A DNA stretch of 64,000 nt, taken from a virus. Its lineage: Duplodnaviria > Heunggongvirae > Uroviricota > Caudoviricetes. A program made the translations under genes and the position numbers. Shown here one piece after another: positions 48,453 to 58,952 of the stretch (within the stretch, counting starts at the first letter, position 1; each line of letters starts with the position of its first letter). A model generated the notes under the pieces. That model searched no databases, had not been told where the DNA came from, and was given only the letters and a program-made list of their open reading frames with translations. The stretch lies in IMG/VR virus record IMGVR_UViG_3300043436_004750. The stretch is one strand, 5' to 3'.

Positions 48453-48865
48453 TGGAAAACTTTAATTTAAAAAAATTCTTAGTAGAAAATAAATTAACTA
48501 CTAATTCTAGATTGTTGAAAGAAGACGAGGAAGAATACGGAGAAGAGCAGGAAACTATATATGAAGATAATGAAAATAGAATACTACTAGTATATGAACC
48601 GGTAGAAGACGGAGCAACCTATGATATAGAGTCAGGAGAAGAGGGAGAGGATATGCCATGGTATTTAGTAAATGATTTTCACGGAGAAGATTGGGATGTA
48701 TTTAGTGGATATTTAGAAAGACCAACAGATAGGCAGATAGCAAAAGATGTTATCGATCACCTAGGAGAAGTAGATAAAAAAGGATTTTACTTAAAAGACT
48801 TCGGGCATATAGAAAAAGGAATTAAACTAAAACCAGATTTATCAACTTTTTCTTCAAACGAATAA
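48452..48865 (+). CDS. acidic protein, paralog 2 (possible small terminase?)
   Basis: MENFNLKKFLVENKLTTNSRLLKEDEEE; directly upstream of TerL. Confidence 0.5.
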   Translation: MENFNLKKFLVENKLTTNSRLLKEDEEEYGEEQETIYEDNENRILLVYEPVEDGATYDIESGEEGEDMPWYLVNDFHGEDWDVFSGYLERPTDRQIAKDVIDHLGEVDKKGFYLKDFGHIEKGIKLKPDLSTFSSNE

Positions 48866-48885
48866 TAATAGTAAAGAAAGTACAA

Positions 48886-48912
48886 GCCCACCTCCAAAAG
48901 GCGGGTTTTTTT
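48886..48912 (+). terminator. hairpin gcccacc/ggcgggt + T7
   Basis: seen in sequence. Confidence 0.45.
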
Positions 48913-48946
48913 ATGCCTACATATTTATTATATATAAGTATATAAT

Positions 48947-50521
48947 ATGCCACAACAAGATATAAAACAAATAGTTACACAGGAGTATATAAAATGTGCT
49001 AAAGACCCAGCTTACTTCATGAAGAAGTACTGCTATATACAGCATCCAACCAGAGGTAGAATCTTATTTAACCTCTACCCATTTCAGGAAGGAGTATTAC
49101 ATTTATTTAGAGATGAGAAGTTTATAATAACTCTTAAATCAAGACAATTAGGAATCTCCACACTAGCCTCAGCATATGCTCTATGGCTAATGGTCTTTCA
49201 CAAAGATAAAAACGTATTAGCACTTGCAATCACACAAGCAACAGCTAGAAACCTTGTAACTAAGACGATTTTCATGTACGAGAATCTACCAAAGTGGCTA
49301 CAATTACCTTTTACAGAAAAGAATAAACTATCTCTTAGACTTAAGAACGGTTCTAAAATAACAGCTAAATCCTCAAACTCTGATGCAGCTCGTTCAGAAG
49401 CAGTATCATTACTGCTAATAGATGAGGCTGCTTTTATTGATAATATTGAAGAAACATTTACTGCAGCACAACAAACCCTAGCCACCGGAGGACAGTGCAT
49501 GGCATTGTCTACTCCAAATGGTGTAGGAAACTGGTTCCATAAAACATGGGAAAAAGCTGAAGCAGGAGAGAATGGATTTGTACCTGTTAAATTAAGATGG
49601 GATGTACATCCGGAAAGAAAGCAAGACTGGAGAGATGAACAAACAAGACAGTTAGGAGAAAAGCAAGCAGCTCAAGAGTGTGATTGTGATTTCCTATCAT
49701 CTGGAGATTCAGTAATCGAGGTTGAGAACATGTCTTTCTACGAAGAAACATATGTAAAAGAACCAACGGAAAAGAGAGGTGTAGATGGAAATCTATGGAT
49801 ATGGGAATCACCTGACTATCAAAAATCTTATATGGTTGTTGCCGACGTTGCTAGAGGGGACTCTACCGACTACTCTGGCTTTCATGTCTTTGATATTGAA
49901 AGCTGTACACAAGTAGCTGAGTATAGAGGAAAGATATCACCTAAAGAATATGGAAACGTATTGGTAGGAATAGCAACAGAGTACTGTGATGCATTACTAG
50001 TAATAGAGAATGCTAATATAGGGTGGTCAACCATTGAACAAGTACTATCAAGAGAGTACAAAAACCTCTACTATTCATCAAGATCAGACACTGAAACAGT
50101 TGAATCTTATATGGCTAAATACGAAAGAGATAAACTTGTACCAGGATTTACCATGTCTCTTAAGACAAGACCGCTTGTCATCGCTAAAATGACTGAATAC
50201 ATACGGGAAAGATCAGTTATAGTACAGTCTAAGCGATTATTATCTGAAATGAGAGTATTCATATGGAAGAATGGTAAGGCGCAGGCACAGACGGGGTATA
50301 ATGACGATTTAGTGATGGCTTTTGCAACAGCTTTATATGTTAGAGATACTGCCATTAGAATGAGACAACAAGGAATGGATCTTTCAAGGGCTACAATGAA
50401 CTCTTTTGTAAGCCTTAATCAAAGAAGTCAAGGTGTTTATAATGTTGCTCCTATGCAGAATAATCCATATCTTATGAAGACAGCTAACGGTGATGAGGAT
50501 CTTTCATGGCTATTAGGATAA
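48947..50521 (+). CDS. terL: terminase large subunit (T4 gp17-like)
   Basis: KSRQLGIST (T4 gp17 Walker A SRQLGKT-like), LLLIDEAAF Walker B, C-terminal nuclease-size domain. Confidence 0.8.
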   Translation: MPQQDIKQIVTQEYIKCAKDPAYFMKKYCYIQHPTRGRILFNLYPFQEGVLHLFRDEKFIITLKSRQLGISTLASAYALWLMVFHKDKNVLALAITQATARNLVTKTIFMYENLPKWLQLPFTEKNKLSLRLKNGSKITAKSSNSDAARSEAVSLLLIDEAAFIDNIEETFTAAQQTLATGGQCMALSTPNGVGNWFHKTWEKAEAGENGFVPVKLRWDVHPERKQDWRDEQTRQLGEKQAAQECDCDFLSSGDSVIEVENMSFYEETYVKEPTEKRGVDGNLWIWESPDYQKSYMVVADVARGDSTDYSGFHVFDIESCTQVAEYRGKISPKEYGNVLVGIATEYCDALLVIENANIGWSTIEQVLSREYKNLYYSSRSDTETVESYMAKYERDKLVPGFTMSLKTRPLVIAKMTEYIRERSVIVQSKRLLSEMRVFIWKNGKAQAQTGYNDDLVMAFATALYVRDTAIRMRQQGMDLSRATMNSFVSLNQRSQGVYNVAPMQNNPYLMKTANGDEDLSWLLG

Positions 50522-50551
50522 GTTACTATTTATAAATAAAACATTTTTAAA

Positions 50552-52414
50552 ATGGCAGAAAGAAATCTTTTCTCTTCACTACAGCGATTATTTGCAACAG
50601 ATATATTAGTAAGAAACGTAGGAGGAGATGAATTAAAGATTGCTGACGTTAATCAAATTCAGACAACAGGTAAATATCAAACCAATTCATTGCTGGATAG
50701 ATTCTCACGTCTTTACATCTATAATAACAAAAACATATTCAATCCAAATCTTAACTACCAAACGTTAAGAATACAATTATACTCTGATTACGAAGCAATG
50801 GATACAGATCCACTTATTGCCTCCACCCTAGACATCCTAGCAGACGAAGCTACCCTTAAGAATGATATGGGGGAAGTTCTGTCTATTAAATCTTCAGATG
50901 AAAATATACAAAGAGTACTATACAACCTATACTACGATGTATTAAATATCGAATTTAATCTCTGGTCTTGGATTAGAAATATGTGTAAATACGGAGACTT
51001 CTTCCTAAAACTAGAAATCTCAGAAAAATTTGGAGTTTACAACGTAATCCCTTACACGGTTTATAACATGGTAAGGTATGAAGGACAAGATCCTAAAGAA
51101 CCAACCAAAGTAGTCTTTACTATCGATCCAGACGGATTAGCTTCTTCAGCAGACCCAAACTATATACCTAAAGCTAACAAGTCAGTTATTACTCTAGATA
51201 ATTACGAAGTAGCTCACTTCAGATTAATATCAGATACAAACTACCTTCCATACGGAAGATCTTATATAGAACCAGCCCGTAAGATATACAAACAGTTGAC
51301 TTTAATGGAGGATGCGATGTTGATTCATAGAATTATGAGAGCTCCTGAAAAAAGAACGTTCTATATTAATGTAGGTACTATCCCACCAAACGAAGTTGAG
51401 CAGTTCATGCAAAAAACTATCAACAGTATTAAAAAGACTCCATATGTAGATCCTCAGACAGGTGAATATAACCTGAGATTTAATATGATGAATATGATGG
51501 AGGATTTCTATCTTCCAGTTCGTGGAGGAGATACTTCTACAAAAATTGATACAACAAAAGGACTTGAATACGATGGTACAAACGATATCGAATACCTAAG
51601 AGATAAAATGTTTGCAGCATTAAAAGTACCAAAAGCATATTTCGGATACGAAAAAGACCTAACAGGCAAAGCAACACTTGCAGCAGAAGATATACGTTTT
51701 GCTAGAACAGTAGAAAGACTTCAGAGAATTGTAGAAAGTGAGTTAACAAAAATTGGATTAGTGCATTTATATGCTCAAGGATTTACAGGAGAATCCTTAA
51801 CCAATTTTGAAATTAGATTAACAACTCCATCTATTGTTTATGAACAAGAAAAAGTGGCTCTACTAAAAGAAAAGGTAGACCTTGCCCGTCAAATGCAAGA
51901 AACAAAATTATTCTCTACAGACTATATCTACGATAATATCTTTAACCTATCAGAAGATACATACAACGAAATGAGAGATCTTGTAAGAGAGGATGCAAAA
52001 AGAGACTTCAGATTATCTCAGATCGAAAACGAAGGAAATGATCCAATTATATCTGGAGAGTCTTACGGAACACCTCACGACCTAGCTTCCATGTACGGAA
52101 GAGAGAGAGGAGAACTACCAGCCGGGTATGATGAGGCAGAACCTAAACCAGAAGGTAGACCAAGAGAGAAGTTCTCAATACTAGGTACTCAGGCGGATCC
52201 CTTAGGAGGAAGAGATAGGTTAGGAGTGCATGGAATGAAAGGAGGTTATCCAAGTGATAACGAGAATGTAAAAGAAGGCATTAGAAACACACAATCAGTA
52301 TTCTTAAGAAACAAAGATATCTTTAAATCAGAAAAAAAATTAATCTTCGAAAAGAAACATGAAGAATCTTCAGATTTATTAAACGAAGATAATATTAAAG
52401 ATTTAGATAACTAA
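50552..52414 (+). CDS. portal protein (putative)
   Basis: 620 aa immediately after TerL. Confidence 0.5.
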   Translation: MAERNLFSSLQRLFATDILVRNVGGDELKIADVNQIQTTGKYQTNSLLDRFSRLYIYNNKNIFNPNLNYQTLRIQLYSDYEAMDTDPLIASTLDILADEATLKNDMGEVLSIKSSDENIQRVLYNLYYDVLNIEFNLWSWIRNMCKYGDFFLKLEISEKFGVYNVIPYTVYNMVRYEGQDPKEPTKVVFTIDPDGLASSADPNYIPKANKSVITLDNYEVAHFRLISDTNYLPYGRSYIEPARKIYKQLTLMEDAMLIHRIMRAPEKRTFYINVGTIPPNEVEQFMQKTINSIKKTPYVDPQTGEYNLRFNMMNMMEDFYLPVRGGDTSTKIDTTKGLEYDGTNDIEYLRDKMFAALKVPKAYFGYEKDLTGKATLAAEDIRFARTVERLQRIVESELTKIGLVHLYAQGFTGESLTNFEIRLTTPSIVYEQEKVALLKEKVDLARQMQETKLFSTDYIYDNIFNLSEDTYNEMRDLVREDAKRDFRLSQIENEGNDPIISGESYGTPHDLASMYGRERGELPAGYDEAEPKPEGRPREKFSILGTQADPLGGRDRLGVHGMKGGYPSDNENVKEGIRNTQSVFLRNKDIFKSEKKLIFEKKHEESSDLLNEDNIKDLDN

Positions 52415-52443
52415 TAGATATTTATAACAAAGACACTATTATT

Positions 52444-53298
52444 GTGAAGATAAAACATTCAAAATACAAAAATACGGGCCTTATATTTGAATTGCTAATA
52501 AAACAAGTAGCAGCAGATACTTTATCTAGAAAAGAATCACCAGCTATTAAAGTAATTAAAAAATTCTATACAGGAAATACTACTCTAGTAAAGGAATTCA
52601 AATTATATGATTTTATTTTAAAAAATAAAGGAATAGGTTCAAAAAAAGCTGAGACTATACTATCAACAATTGTTGAAATATCTAGGAAATTAGACCTAGA
52701 ATCCTTAAAGAAACAGAAGTATGAGTTAATTAAAGAATTGAAACAGCATTATAATTTAGAGGAATTCTTTTCTATGAAAGTGGACACTTATAAGCCATTA
52801 GCTGCTCTTTACTGTTTAATAGAAGCTCAAAATACTCCAAACTTATTAGATCCAAACGTATTTGTCAATAACAAGACTACACTTTTAGAACATTTAACAC
52901 AGACAAAACACTCAGAAGATCAGGTAAAAGACGCTTTAATTGAAGAGTATTCTAAATTTGATAAAGATCTACGTCTTTTAACATATAAAATCTTATTAGA
53001 AAAATTCAACGACCAATACAAAGATCTACTTCCAGAACAAAAAAATATATTAAAAGAGTTTATAGTATCAGCTAACTCCTCTATAAGACTTCGAAATATA
53101 GTAAACGAGGAAATAGAAAAACTAGGTAAAGATATCTCTACATTAAAAGCAAAAATTACCGATAGCGTTGTAAGAATTAAACTAGAAGAGATACAGAAAG
53201 TAATAATTCCAGTAAAAAATACACAAAAAGTTGATGATAATCACTTAGTTTCTTTAATGCAGTATTATGAATTAGTAAATGAGTTAAAAACTTTATGA
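52444..53298 (+). CDS. hypothetical head-module protein
   Basis: 284 aa, GTG start in track. Confidence 0.45.
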   Translation: MKIKHSKYKNTGLIFELLIKQVAADTLSRKESPAIKVIKKFYTGNTTLVKEFKLYDFILKNKGIGSKKAETILSTIVEISRKLDLESLKKQKYELIKELKQHYNLEEFFSMKVDTYKPLAALYCLIEAQNTPNLLDPNVFVNNKTTLLEHLTQTKHSEDQVKDALIEEYSKFDKDLRLLTYKILLEKFNDQYKDLLPEQKNILKEFIVSANSSIRLRNIVNEEIEKLGKDISTLKAKITDSVVRIKLEEIQKVIIPVKNTQKVDDNHLVSLMQYYELVNELKTL

Positions 53299-53516
53299 AA
53301 AAATCACAAATAGCTGCAATAATCAAAGAAGTTCTAGGTGAGATGAACGTAACAGGAGCTGTAGGGGGATATTCAACTCCAAATGCCTTTTCAAAAAAAG
53401 GACAAGGAAAAAATGTAGCTACTAAGACAGCAGAAAAATTAGGTTATAAAACAGTAGAAAGACCAAAAAGACCTTCACATACAAAAATGTTTGATTACTT
53501 AGACGAAAATAAATAA
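53295..53516 (+). CDS. hypothetical protein
   Basis: 73 aa. Confidence 0.45.
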   Translation: MKKSQIAAIIKEVLGEMNVTGAVGGYSTPNAFSKKGQGKNVATKTAEKLGYKTVERPKRPSHTKMFDYLDENK

Positions 53517-53517
53517 T

Positions 53518-55167
53518 ATGAGAACTTTACAAGAAAAATATAACGCAATACAAGAAGGGAACTTCTCTAAAGATCAATTCCTAGTAGAAGCTAGAATGCA
53601 ACAACCACAACTAATAACTCGTTTCAACGGATACGACGATGCAGTTCAGATCCTTAAGAATAGAGGAATGATTCAAGAAGCAGCTAATTTTAAATTTAGT
53701 GACCTTAAACAAGGTAGTATAATTCAAAATAAGTTTAGTGGAAAAAAATATACAGTTACTGCTGTTAGAGATAAGAGTGCAGATATACAAAAAGGAGATG
53801 ATGGAAGAGAAACAGAAATAGCTTCTTTAAATAACTATGAACTTGTAAAAGAAGCTAGACTTACTAATAAAAGCTTAACAGATTACAGGTATAAACCAAC
53901 TAACGAAATGGATAAGTATCCATACGAACAAATACTAAGAGGTTTAAGAGTTGAATTAGAAGTAATGGGAGTTCAAGGAACACCAACAGCAGAAGAGTAT
54001 GCAAAAGCATTAGCAAAAGTATCTAAAAATTTAGCAAAAGATTCAATCTTCTATACAAACCAATTAGCAGGAGTTAATCCAAAAGTTGATCTTCACGATA
54101 AGATGGTAGATGTTACAGCAAAAAATACTGTAGATACGTTTAATGGAATGAAGAAAGTAAAAGACTTAAAAGAAGGAAAAACACCAGATATCCAAGAACT
54201 TGTACTAGCTCTATTGAAGAAGCATCCTAACATGACCTGGACACAGGCTGTGAAGAAAGTCAAAGAAGATTTAAAAGAAGCTCATATAGTTCGTCCTGAT
54301 GGATCAATAAAAACATCAACAGATAAAACTAATAATAAACCAGGCTATACAGTAAAGCCAGGTGGTAGTATTAAAAAAGAAGATCATACTAAGAATCCTA
54401 ACGATAAATACGTAGTAAAGTTTTCAAAAGCAAACAACACCTATCAGGTATGGGAAGGAGATCACTTAGTAACAGATTTTGCTACTGAAGAAAAAGCAAA
54501 AGCTTATGCCGATAGAGAGAATAAAAAACAAGACTTAACTGAAAAAGTACTAAAAGAAGGAATTAAAAATCTTATTAAGAAAGTACTTAAAGAAGAAGAT
54601 TTAGAAAGAGCAGAAAGAGGGGTAGGAAATCCGTATGGAACAGAAGAGGAGTATGAACTATTCAACTCACCAGAGGAAGGAAAATCTGATGCAGAATATA
54701 AAAACGAATTAAAACAATACCTACAAGATAATCAAATCTACGGATATACAGATTACATACACGACCTAATGACAGGTCCGGATCCGGATGAAGCGTATAA
54801 GGATTTAGCAGAATTCTTAGAAGATGAAGGAATTTATGGATATAATAGAGGAATCGAAAGAATCTACGCAGACTATCCATACGATCAACATTGGATGAAT
54901 CAAGAAGATGAAGATAAAAGTTTAGAAGAAATAGGAATGTTTCATGATCCTGTTGGATATAGAGAATCTGAACCTAAGCCTCAAATGTATACAAAGAAAT
55001 TTGTAAGAGCTACCGATAAAAGGGGAATATATGTATATGATATTTTTAAAAACGGTAAACTAGTTAAAACCATTGAAGGAGGAGAAGGAGATGCTAATGC
55101 TTGGATGAATAATGCTAGTAGAGAGGAAGACCTATTCGAATCAATATCATTAAAAGATTTACTATAA
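53518..55167 (+). CDS. hypothetical head-module protein
   Basis: 549 aa. Confidence 0.55.
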   Translation: MRTLQEKYNAIQEGNFSKDQFLVEARMQQPQLITRFNGYDDAVQILKNRGMIQEAANFKFSDLKQGSIIQNKFSGKKYTVTAVRDKSADIQKGDDGRETEIASLNNYELVKEARLTNKSLTDYRYKPTNEMDKYPYEQILRGLRVELEVMGVQGTPTAEEYAKALAKVSKNLAKDSIFYTNQLAGVNPKVDLHDKMVDVTAKNTVDTFNGMKKVKDLKEGKTPDIQELVLALLKKHPNMTWTQAVKKVKEDLKEAHIVRPDGSIKTSTDKTNNKPGYTVKPGGSIKKEDHTKNPNDKYVVKFSKANNTYQVWEGDHLVTDFATEEKAKAYADRENKKQDLTEKVLKEGIKNLIKKVLKEEDLERAERGVGNPYGTEEEYELFNSPEEGKSDAEYKNELKQYLQDNQIYGYTDYIHDLMTGPDPDEAYKDLAEFLEDEGIYGYNRGIERIYADYPYDQHWMNQEDEDKSLEEIGMFHDPVGYRESEPKPQMYTKKFVRATDKRGIYVYDIFKNGKLVKTIEGGEGDANAWMNNASREEDLFESISLKDLL

Positions 55168-55745
55168 TGAATAACCTATTAATAAATGTAACTCCGTTTA
55201 AGACAGTACTTACAGAATCAAAGGCTAAACCCGGAGTATTCGAAGTAACAGGAGTTATGCAGAGAGCAGGAGCTAAGAATCAAAACGGAAGAATCTATAA
55301 AAGAGAAATTCTTGAACAAGAAGTAAAAAACTATATAGAGAATTTTGTAAAGGTAGGAAATGCCTACGGAGAATTAGACCACCCAGAATCAGCTGTAGTA
55401 TCATTAAAAAACGCTTCCCATGTTGTTAAAGAACTATGGTGGGATGGCCAAGAACTGATGGGAAGAGTGGAATTACTAAATACACCTTCAGGAAATATCG
55501 TAAAAGAGATTATTAGAGGAGGCCATACAATTGGAATATCATCTCGAGGAACAGGATCAGTAACACAGACAAATGAAGGAACTTTAATGGTACAGCCGGA
55601 CTTTCAATTAGTATGCTGGGACTTCGTATCAAATCCGAGTACAGATGGAGCTTTCATGACGCCTATTACCCTTAATGAGGGAGTTCAAAGTGTTAATAGA
55701 TATGCAAAATTGGATAGCATAATAAATAACATACTAAGAGCATAA
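55167..55745 (+). CDS. putative prohead protease/core protein (gp21 position)
   Basis: 192 aa; position before acidic scaffold and capsid genes. Confidence 0.35.
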   Translation: MNNLLINVTPFKTVLTESKAKPGVFEVTGVMQRAGAKNQNGRIYKREILEQEVKNYIENFVKVGNAYGELDHPESAVVSLKNASHVVKELWWDGQELMGRVELLNTPSGNIVKEIIRGGHTIGISSRGTGSVTQTNEGTLMVQPDFQLVCWDFVSNPSTDGAFMTPITLNEGVQSVNRYAKLDSIINNILRA

Positions 55746-56005
55746 TGAAAAACGATTTCGACATACATAACTGGCAAGCGAAGTTTCTAAAAGAAGAAAG
55801 CTCAAATACAAAAACTGCAGTAGAGTGGTTAGAAGAGAGATTAGCCATATCGTTTGGAGAGGAGATAAAGTCTCTAAGAGGATTTTTCGTTATCGCAAAA
55901 GAGCAAGAAAAGCAACAGATTGAAGATGCCTACGAAAAAGGCATTTCAGATAGAGAAAGCAGAAGATACTCAGAAGAATATAACAGTAACAACTATACAA
56001 AATAA
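55745..56005 (+). CDS. hypothetical protein
   Basis: 86 aa. Confidence 0.45.
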   Translation: MKNDFDIHNWQAKFLKEESSNTKTAVEWLEERLAISFGEEIKSLRGFFVIAKEQEKQQIEDAYEKGISDRESRRYSEEYNSNNYTK

Positions 56006-56008
56006 CAC

Positions 56009-56035
56009 ACCCACCCTAAAAAGGTGGGTTTTTTA
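56009..56035 (+). terminator. hairpin acccacc/ggtgggt + T6
   Basis: seen in sequence. Confidence 0.55.
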
Positions 56036-56159
56036 TGTTTTGTAAAACATAGTATATTTATTTAAGAATATATCACGACCCTATGTGATATCTACTAGAA
56101 AGTAAAACACTATTACGTCTCACACTCTACAATAGACGTACGACAAACAAACAAAAATT

Positions 56160-57239
56160 ATGTCAAACAAAGATTTATTTAAGCAAGCAATTGCCGAAGC
56201 TAAAACTATTCGTGAAGCTGCAATTACCAACGCTAAAGAAGCTTTAGAAGAATCATTAACACCTCATTTAAAAGAAATGTTAGCTCAAAAACTTCAAGAA
56301 ATGGAAGAAGATGACAACATGGAAGAAATCGTAAATGAAGAAGATATGATTAACGATCCACAAGGTGAAACTGCACACGGAAACGTAGCAGAAGCTGAAG
56401 AGGAAGAAGCTGAAGAAGCAGAAGGTGAAGAAGCAGAAGGTGAAGAAGCAGAAGGTGAAGAAGCTGAAGAAGAAGAGTTAGATCTTGAAAACATGTCTGT
56501 TGAGGAATTCAAAGACTTAGTTAGAGATATCGTAGCTCAAGAAATCGGTCAAGAAGGTTCAGAAGAAGAAATGCCAGGTGAAGAAGCTCCAGAAGGTGCT
56601 GAAGATATGGTAGGAATGGATTCTGAAGAAGAGATCGACATTAATGAACTTTTAGCTGAATTAGCAGAAATGGAAGAAAAGGAAGTACCGGTTGAAGAAG
56701 GTGCAGAAGGTTTTGATAAGTGGTTAGATGGTGTTTCTGCTCAAATGGAAAAATTTGGAAAAAACAATCCAGCTATTCAAGCAATCGAAAGAGCAATAGC
56801 AGCAGCACAAGACAAAGCTAAAAAAGCAGGAATAACAGGTCACGGTATGACAAAAGGACATAGAATATCTGAAAAGTCTGATGAATTAAAAGAAGCATTA
56901 GCAACTGTAGCAGAGTTAAGAACTCAATTACAAGAAGTTAATCTTCTAAACGCTAAATTACTTTATGTAAATAAGGTATTTAAAGCAAACAACTTAACTG
57001 AATCTCAAAAAGTAAATGTTGTAGCAGCATTTGATAAAGCAGAAACAGTAAAAGAAGTAAAATTAGTTTTCGAAACAGTTTCTAAAAACGTAGTTACTAA
57101 ACCAGTAACTATTAAAGAACACAAATCATTTGCATCTAAAGCAGCAGGAACTGCAGCAACAGCAGGTAAAAAAGAAATTATTTCTGAAGTATCTGAACAA
57201 GTAGCTAGATGGCAAAAATTAGCAGGAATTATAAAATAA
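56160..57239 (+). CDS. scaffolding protein (acidic, EEAEGE repeats)
   Basis: Very acidic coiled-coil; 18-bp x3 DNA repeat 56396-56470; precedes capsid gene. Confidence 0.5.
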   Translation: MSNKDLFKQAIAEAKTIREAAITNAKEALEESLTPHLKEMLAQKLQEMEEDDNMEEIVNEEDMINDPQGETAHGNVAEAEEEEAEEAEGEEAEGEEAEGEEAEEEELDLENMSVEEFKDLVRDIVAQEIGQEGSEEEMPGEEAPEGAEDMVGMDSEEEIDINELLAELAEMEEKEVPVEEGAEGFDKWLDGVSAQMEKFGKNNPAIQAIERAIAAAQDKAKKAGITGHGMTKGHRISEKSDELKEALATVAELRTQLQEVNLLNAKLLYVNKVFKANNLTESQKVNVVAAFDKAETVKEVKLVFETVSKNVVTKPVTIKEHKSFASKAAGTAATAGKKEIISEVSEQVARWQKLAGIIK

Positions 57240-57266
57240 TAACAAAAAAACAATTCAATTAAACAA

Positions 57267-58856
57267 ATGGAATTAAATCAATTATTAGAAAGCTCTAACA
57301 ATTACAAGTCTTTACAAGCAGATGCTGCTCGTTTGTCAAGTAAATGGAAAGCTACAGGTTTATTAGAGGGGATCTCTAATGAAATCGAAAGAAACAACAT
57401 GTCTATGATTCTTGAGAATCAAGCAAAACAATTAGTATCAGAACAATCAACCACAGGTACAGGAGCTTCTTTCTCAGCTGGACAAGGTGAGCAATGGGCA
57501 GGTGTTGCTTTACCATTAGTACGTAAAGTATTCGCTCAAATCGCTGCTAAAGATTTCGTTTCTGTACAGCCAATGAATTTACCTTCAGGTCTTGTATTCT
57601 ATTTAGATTTTAAATATGGTACAAACACTGTAGGATTTGCATCAGGAGATAACATGTACGGTAATGTATCTACTGCAGGAGACAAAATCGGAGTAGACGA
57701 AGAAGTATCAGGAGGTTTATACGGTGCTGGTAGATTTGGTTACTCAATCAACTCTGCATCTTTTGCAACAGGATCAATTACAGCAGCAGCTGCAACATCT
57801 GCTTCTATTGCATACCAAGATGGGATAATACCTTCTCAGTACAGAACTTATACAGTAGGGTTTGGAATTACAGGATATACAGATTTCGATGCAGAAGCAG
57901 TAAGATCTTTCCGTTTATATTCAGCGTCTATCGACATTACATCTAACCCAGAATTAACAACTGTATCAGGAAATAACGTAACTTTCGTAGTTTCACAATC
58001 ACTTGTAACAACAGCTAACTTAACAGATGCGGTAGTTAAATATAACAAACAACCAAAAGATAACTCAAGAGGTGATTTCGAAGATACTACAGGTACTTTA
58101 AAAATCCCAGAAATCAACGTAACATTAGCTTCTGAAGCAATTGTTGCTAAAACAAGAAAATTAAAAGCACAATGGACTCCAGAGTTCGCACAAGACCTTA
58201 ACGCTTACCATTCAATTGATGCTGAAGCAGAATTAACATCTTTATTATCTGAGTACATCTCTATGGAGATCGATTTAGAATTATTAGATATGTTGATCCA
58301 AGATGCAGCTACAACTGAAAGATGGTCAGCTAGAAACAACAAAGTTTGGACTGGAACAGCTTGGTCATCAGGAACTGCTGCTTCAACAGATTTCTACAAT
58401 ACTCAAGGTCAGTGGTTTGGAACTTTAGGTACTAAAGTACAAAAAGTATCTAACAAAATTCACCAAAAAACCCTTAGAGGTGGAGCTAACTTCTTAGTAT
58501 GTTCTCCTTCTGTAGCTACAATCCTAGAATCAATCCCAGGATATGCAGCTGATACCAATGGTGATAAAATGGACTTCGCAATGGGTGTTCAGAAAGTAGG
58601 AAACTTAAATTCTAGATTTAGAGTTTACAAAAATCCTTACATGACTGAAAATATAATCCTTATGGGTTACAGAGGATCTCAGTTCTTAGAAACTGGTGCA
58701 GTTTATGCTCCTTATGTACCATTAGTCATGACACCACTTATCTACGATCCAACTACCTTCACTCCAAGAAAAGGTATCATGACTCGTTACGCTAAGAAAA
58801 TGATAAGACCGGAATTTTATGGAAAAATCTTCGTAAGCGATTTAGCTACAGTTTAA
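57267..58856 (+). CDS. major capsid protein (putative)
   Basis: 529 aa after scaffold; followed by strong terminator. Confidence 0.55.
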   Translation: MELNQLLESSNNYKSLQADAARLSSKWKATGLLEGISNEIERNNMSMILENQAKQLVSEQSTTGTGASFSAGQGEQWAGVALPLVRKVFAQIAAKDFVSVQPMNLPSGLVFYLDFKYGTNTVGFASGDNMYGNVSTAGDKIGVDEEVSGGLYGAGRFGYSINSASFATGSITAAAATSASIAYQDGIIPSQYRTYTVGFGITGYTDFDAEAVRSFRLYSASIDITSNPELTTVSGNNVTFVVSQSLVTTANLTDAVVKYNKQPKDNSRGDFEDTTGTLKIPEINVTLASEAIVAKTRKLKAQWTPEFAQDLNAYHSIDAEAELTSLLSEYISMEIDLELLDMLIQDAATTERWSARNNKVWTGTAWSSGTAASTDFYNTQGQWFGTLGTKVQKVSNKIHQKTLRGGANFLVCSPSVATILESIPGYAADTNGDKMDFAMGVQKVGNLNSRFRVYKNPYMTENIILMGYRGSQFLETGAVYAPYVPLVMTPLIYDPTTFTPRKGIMTRYAKKMIRPEFYGKIFVSDLATV

Positions 58857-58880
58857 TCCATATAGAATTTAAAATAAGAA

Positions 58881-58905
58881 AGAGGACTTCGGTCCTCTTT
58901 TTTTA
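58881..58905 (+). terminator. intrinsic terminator agaggac-ttcg-gtcctct + T7
   Basis: seen in sequence. Confidence 0.6.
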
Positions 58906-58952
58906 TCTCTAAATATTTCGTATATTTATAATAAACAAATAAACGTTCTAGT

